Shown piece after piece: positions 60,813-64,000 of a stretch of 64,000 nucleotides of DNA. The notes below the pieces were generated by a model. The model was given only the letters and a program-made list of their open reading frames with translations, had not been told where the DNA came from and made no database searches. The position numbers and the translations under genes are program-made. The DNA is taken from the NCBI GenBank assembly GCA_963706025.1, contig CAVPLM010000010.1, forward strand, positions 31,959 through 95,958, given 5' to 3'. The stretch comes from an uncultured Actinomycetes bacterium (GTDB lineage: Bacteria; Actinomycetota; Thermoleophilia; RBG-16-64-13). The stretch's first letter is position 1, and each line of letters opens with the position of its first letter.

Positions 60813-61597
60813 GGGCCCCGCTCCCTCCCTCCGCGATCCTGCCCTGCACGGTCCTGCCCTCCGCCCCGGCGAGCGCCAAGGCCAATTCGGCAAAAGTCGC
60901 GTCCTTGACCCACAACTCGGTAGCGGCGGTGCCTATCTCCTCGAGGAAGTGGCTGTCGGAGGAGCTGGTCATGGGCAGCCCCAGATCCGCGAACTCCTCC
61001 AGACGGGGGGAGTCCGAGACGCAGGTGGCGCGATACCTCCACCCCGTCGAATCCCGCGTCTTGAGGGAAGAAGCCCAGCTGAGAGAAGACGCTGAACGAC
61101 TTGCGGTCCACGTGGGCGGCAATGGCCAATCCTCCGACGCTATGGACCAGTTCCACGCTCTCGGTGAGATCGAGCGGAGTGGCCAGAGCCAGGCAGGCAG
61201 TCTCGGCGCCTGTGGCATGGCCGTCGGCCGCCAGCACCGGCTGTTCGCCGAAGAAGGCGTAGTAATCGGGGTCCGCGGCCGGGAGATGGGCGCGGATCTT
61301 GGCTGCCACCTCTTCGGCTGCCGCCAGGTCGGGGAACAGGCCCAACACATGCACTTCCTCGACGCTGGTTATCTCCATGCCGGCAAGTACCGCCAGCCTG
61401 CCTCCGGCCACCTGGGCCGCCTGCTGGGTAGCGCCGACGTTGCCCGCGGTGTTGTGGTCGCAGACGGCGATCATGTCAAGCCCTTTCGCCAGCGCCGCGG
61501 CGACGATCGCAGGCGGCGTCATCTCGTCCGACCCGCACGGCGAAAGCGCCGTGTGGACGTGCAGGTCGGCACGGATCGATCTGAGGCTCGGTCTCAT
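60805..61597 (-). CDS. PHP-domain phosphoesterase (frameshifted)
   Basis: DLHVHTALSPC, CDHN, AHVDR, SSDSH. Confidence 0.88.
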
Positions 61598-61643
61598 AGC
61601 TGCCGGCTCGGCGCTCAAACATGGTTTCCTTCCGCTGGCGGCT

Positions 61644-62007
61644 TCATGCGGCACTTCCTCTGATGCCCAGTTCGTGGAGGCGGCCGACGACGTCGAACGT
61701 GTCGGCGGGGGTGGCGTAAAGCGAGAGGCCTTCCTCGGCCGCCCTCTCGATGATCTCGTCGTCGGGGATCCGCCCGCAGGAGAAGATGACCGCGCGCAGG
61801 CCGGCGTGGCTGGCGACGGCGATGACGTTCAGATGCACCTGCAGAGTCACGAGGACTCCTCCGACCGGGGCGTGAGCCAAGACGTCGCTCAGCAGATCGG
61901 ACGCATAACCTCGAGTGATGTCGGCGTCGCCCCGCCTCGTCTGTCACGCCCAGTGCGGGGGTGAGCTCCTTGAGAGCCAGGGACTGGGCCAATTCCTGTA
62001 GTCTCAT
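61644..62007 (-). CDS. DRTGG-domain protein (frameshifted)
   Basis: MRLQELAQSLAL...VLVTLQVHLNVIAVA...DTFDVVGRL. Confidence 0.78.
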
Positions 62008-63807
62008 CTGTCCGGGTCCTCCTTCTCGCCTTCGGCGTAGGGGCACAGTTCGACGCCGGCCCGTTCCATGACCACATCTTCCGCGAGGGCCGCGCAGGTG
62101 GGGGCGCCGCAGGTGCCGCAGTCCCTTCCCGGCAGTGAGCGGATCACTGCTTGCATACGTCCGAGTTTCTCGATGGCCCGAGACATGTCGGCGTCGAGGC
62201 GGATGCCGGGACGAGCGGCATAGGGCCGCCGCCTGGTCGTTGCGGCCGCGGGGCGGGCCGCGCCGCCTTCGGCCTGCATGGCCTCGACGGCATCGACGGC
62301 CGCCCGGCCCTGATCCCACCGCCGACAGGCCACATGATGGTCTTCGAAAAGCAGGGGAGAGCCGAAACAGCCGCCCTCACAGGCGTAAGGATCGATGACA
62401 GCCATGTCTTCAAGTAGACCGTTCTCCACCTGTTCGAGGACGGCGATGACGTGGCTCATGCCCGTGACCTTGAGCAGGCGGTCGGTGGAGGCTGCGGCAG
62501 GAGCGGCCGGGCTCGCGTCGACCGGGGCCGGGCTCGCCCCGACCGGGGCTGCAGCCCCTCGGCCGTCGCCGGCCACGCCGTCCGCAGGCCACGCCGTCCA
62601 CAGCCACGCCGTCGCCGTGCCCGGTGAGTCGCATCATGACGGCCTGACGGATCAGCTCGGGGACCAGGTACTCGGCGCGTTCCGGCCCGGAACCACCGGG
62701 TGGGCCTGGCTGGTCGTGGTCGATCTGATCGTGGCTAAGCAGCGCCGATCGCTGGCTGGGGCAGGAGACGACGTAGGCGACCGGACGGTCCGCGTAGGTG
62801 GCCTGCAGCGCCTCCCAAGGAGACTCGAACGGTACCAGTTGCGGCACCAGCGACGGAAAGCGGAGTTCGATGAGGTTGACCACGGCCGGACATGAGGGCA
62901 CGATCAGCGGCCCGCGGCTCGGTGGCTCGTCCGGCGGCGCGGGCTCGAGCGCCCCGGGCGCGAGCCCGGGCGCCGCCCCCCTCGGGGCCGGTGCATCCGC
63001 CGCGGCCAGCGCCGCCTCCCGCAGGGCCTGCTCGAACGGGGCCGCGGTGACCACTTCGGCGAAGCCCAGGGTCTGAAGCGCCGCGAGAACCTGGACCGGG
63101 GGATAGGCGGACCCACAGCCGGCAAGGAGCGCCGGCGGCACCGCCAAGACCATGCCCCCTCTGTCTGTGAGGTCATCGAGAGAAGAGACTTCGTCGCGGA
63201 TGGTCAACGCCTGAGGCGCGCACGCGCCGATGCAGGCGGTGCAGTCCACGCACAGATGCTCGAGCACGCTGGGGCGCCCCATCCTGACCCGCATCGCCTG
63301 GGTGGGGCAGGCCACCAGGCAGGCACGGCAGTCGCGGCACCGATCGGCGGAGGCATAGAGCGAGATGATGCGCGGCGCGGCGGTGGCCTCGGGCTTGAGA
63401 TAGACGGTGAAGCTCACCCGAGTGCCCTCGTCGACCCGCGAGGTGACCCGCAGACGGTCGCTGTTGCGACGGATGTTCGGAAGTCCCATACCCGCGCCGA
63501 AACCGAGCGCGCGCGCCTCCGCACTCGCCGTGGAGAACCCCTCGGTCATCGCCAGCTCTATGTCCGGGATGCCCGGGCCCCCGTCGACGACGTTGACATC
63601 GATCTGCGTGTCGCTCAGGGAAGCCTCCAACCGGCCTCCGTTCGCGTGGATGACCACGTTCATCTCCGCCTCATACGCGGCGATCATGGTGCGCCGGATG
63701 GCTTCCGCATCGGCCCCGATGCGCTTCAAGTGCTCCTTTATGGAGCGCGAGGCCGCGCCGGCCCGGCGAAAATCGTTGCTCTCTATGTCGTATGACACGA
63801 ATTCCAT
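62004..63807 (-). CDS. RsbT-like anti-sigma/Ser kinase domain fused to ferredoxin, degenerate Fe-hydrogenase-like and FeS domains (one frameshift)
   Basis: YEAEMNVVIHA, DGGPGI, GFGAGMGLPN; CRDCRAC, CVDCTAC; SCPAVV, ACEGGCFGSP; LPGRDCGTCGAPTC. Confidence 0.82.
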
Positions 63808-63855
63808 GTGCGGCGATCGCTGGTCTTGCTCCTGACCCCTGGTTGCTCTCGAGCC

Positions 63856-64000
63856 CTAACTCTGGCCGTTGGCAGAGAGGATCTGATAAATGAGACCGCA
63901 GGTCTCGAAAACCCCCACCGGCGAGACCATGATCAGTGTCTGGTTGGCCGTCGCCAACTCGATGATCTCCTCGTCAGGATCCACTCCCTCGACGAAGCAG
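63856..64000 (-). CDS. DRTGG-domain protein, 3' end only
   Basis: Manual translation CFVEGVDPDEEIIELATANQTLIMVSPVGVFETCGLIYQILSANGQS*. Confidence 0.7.
   Translation of the reverse strand, partial: CFVEGVDPDEEIIELATANQTLIMVSPVGVFETCGLIYQILSANGQS

Noticed and set aside
1-64000. CRISPR array, rRNA, integrase/transposase genes, hydEFG maturases, selenocysteine recoding in hydrogenases
   Set aside because: No repeat-spacer array, rRNA or recombinase motifs were seen; maturases are not in this window; the hydrogenase catalytic ORFs have no in-frame TGA

Overview
High-GC bacterial chromosomal segment, probably an anaerobic deep-branching actinobacterium (inference: fhaA-fhaB-PP2C-rodA-pbpA-pknB cluster plus glyQS-ppdK-dgt-dnaG-rpoD order). 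Many housekeeping genes carry single-base frameshifts that look like long-read assembly errors. 1-7.2 kb: accessory region downstream of tRNA-Ser(TGA) with a NarL-type two-component cassette, a ~175-bp foldback MITE-like element, two tRNA-Ser(CGA) 3' remnants with paired direct repeats, and an SLH surface protein. 7.3-46.2 kb: core genes (pncA/pncB, serS, pheA, tRNA-Leu, Ser/Thr kinase cell-division cluster, fused glyQS, radical SAM, ppdK, dgt, dnaG, two RpoD-like sigmas, csp, gatCAB, copA, tRNA-Val). 46.3-64 kb: a minus-strand [FeFe]-hydrogenase supercluster. It holds one module with electron-bifurcating signatures (HydB fused to a GltD/NfnB-like domain) and a second with non-bifurcating signatures, separated by a sensory-hydrogenase/histidine-kinase phosphorelay and preceded by a DRTGG/PHP/kinase module. 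Best unannotated signals: this dual-hydrogenase arrangement, a sigma28-type promoter driving a ~68-nt structured sRNA, two nested-palindrome foldback elements, stacked att scars, and a triplicated TGATG coupling junction. All calls are from motif reading; no database search was run.
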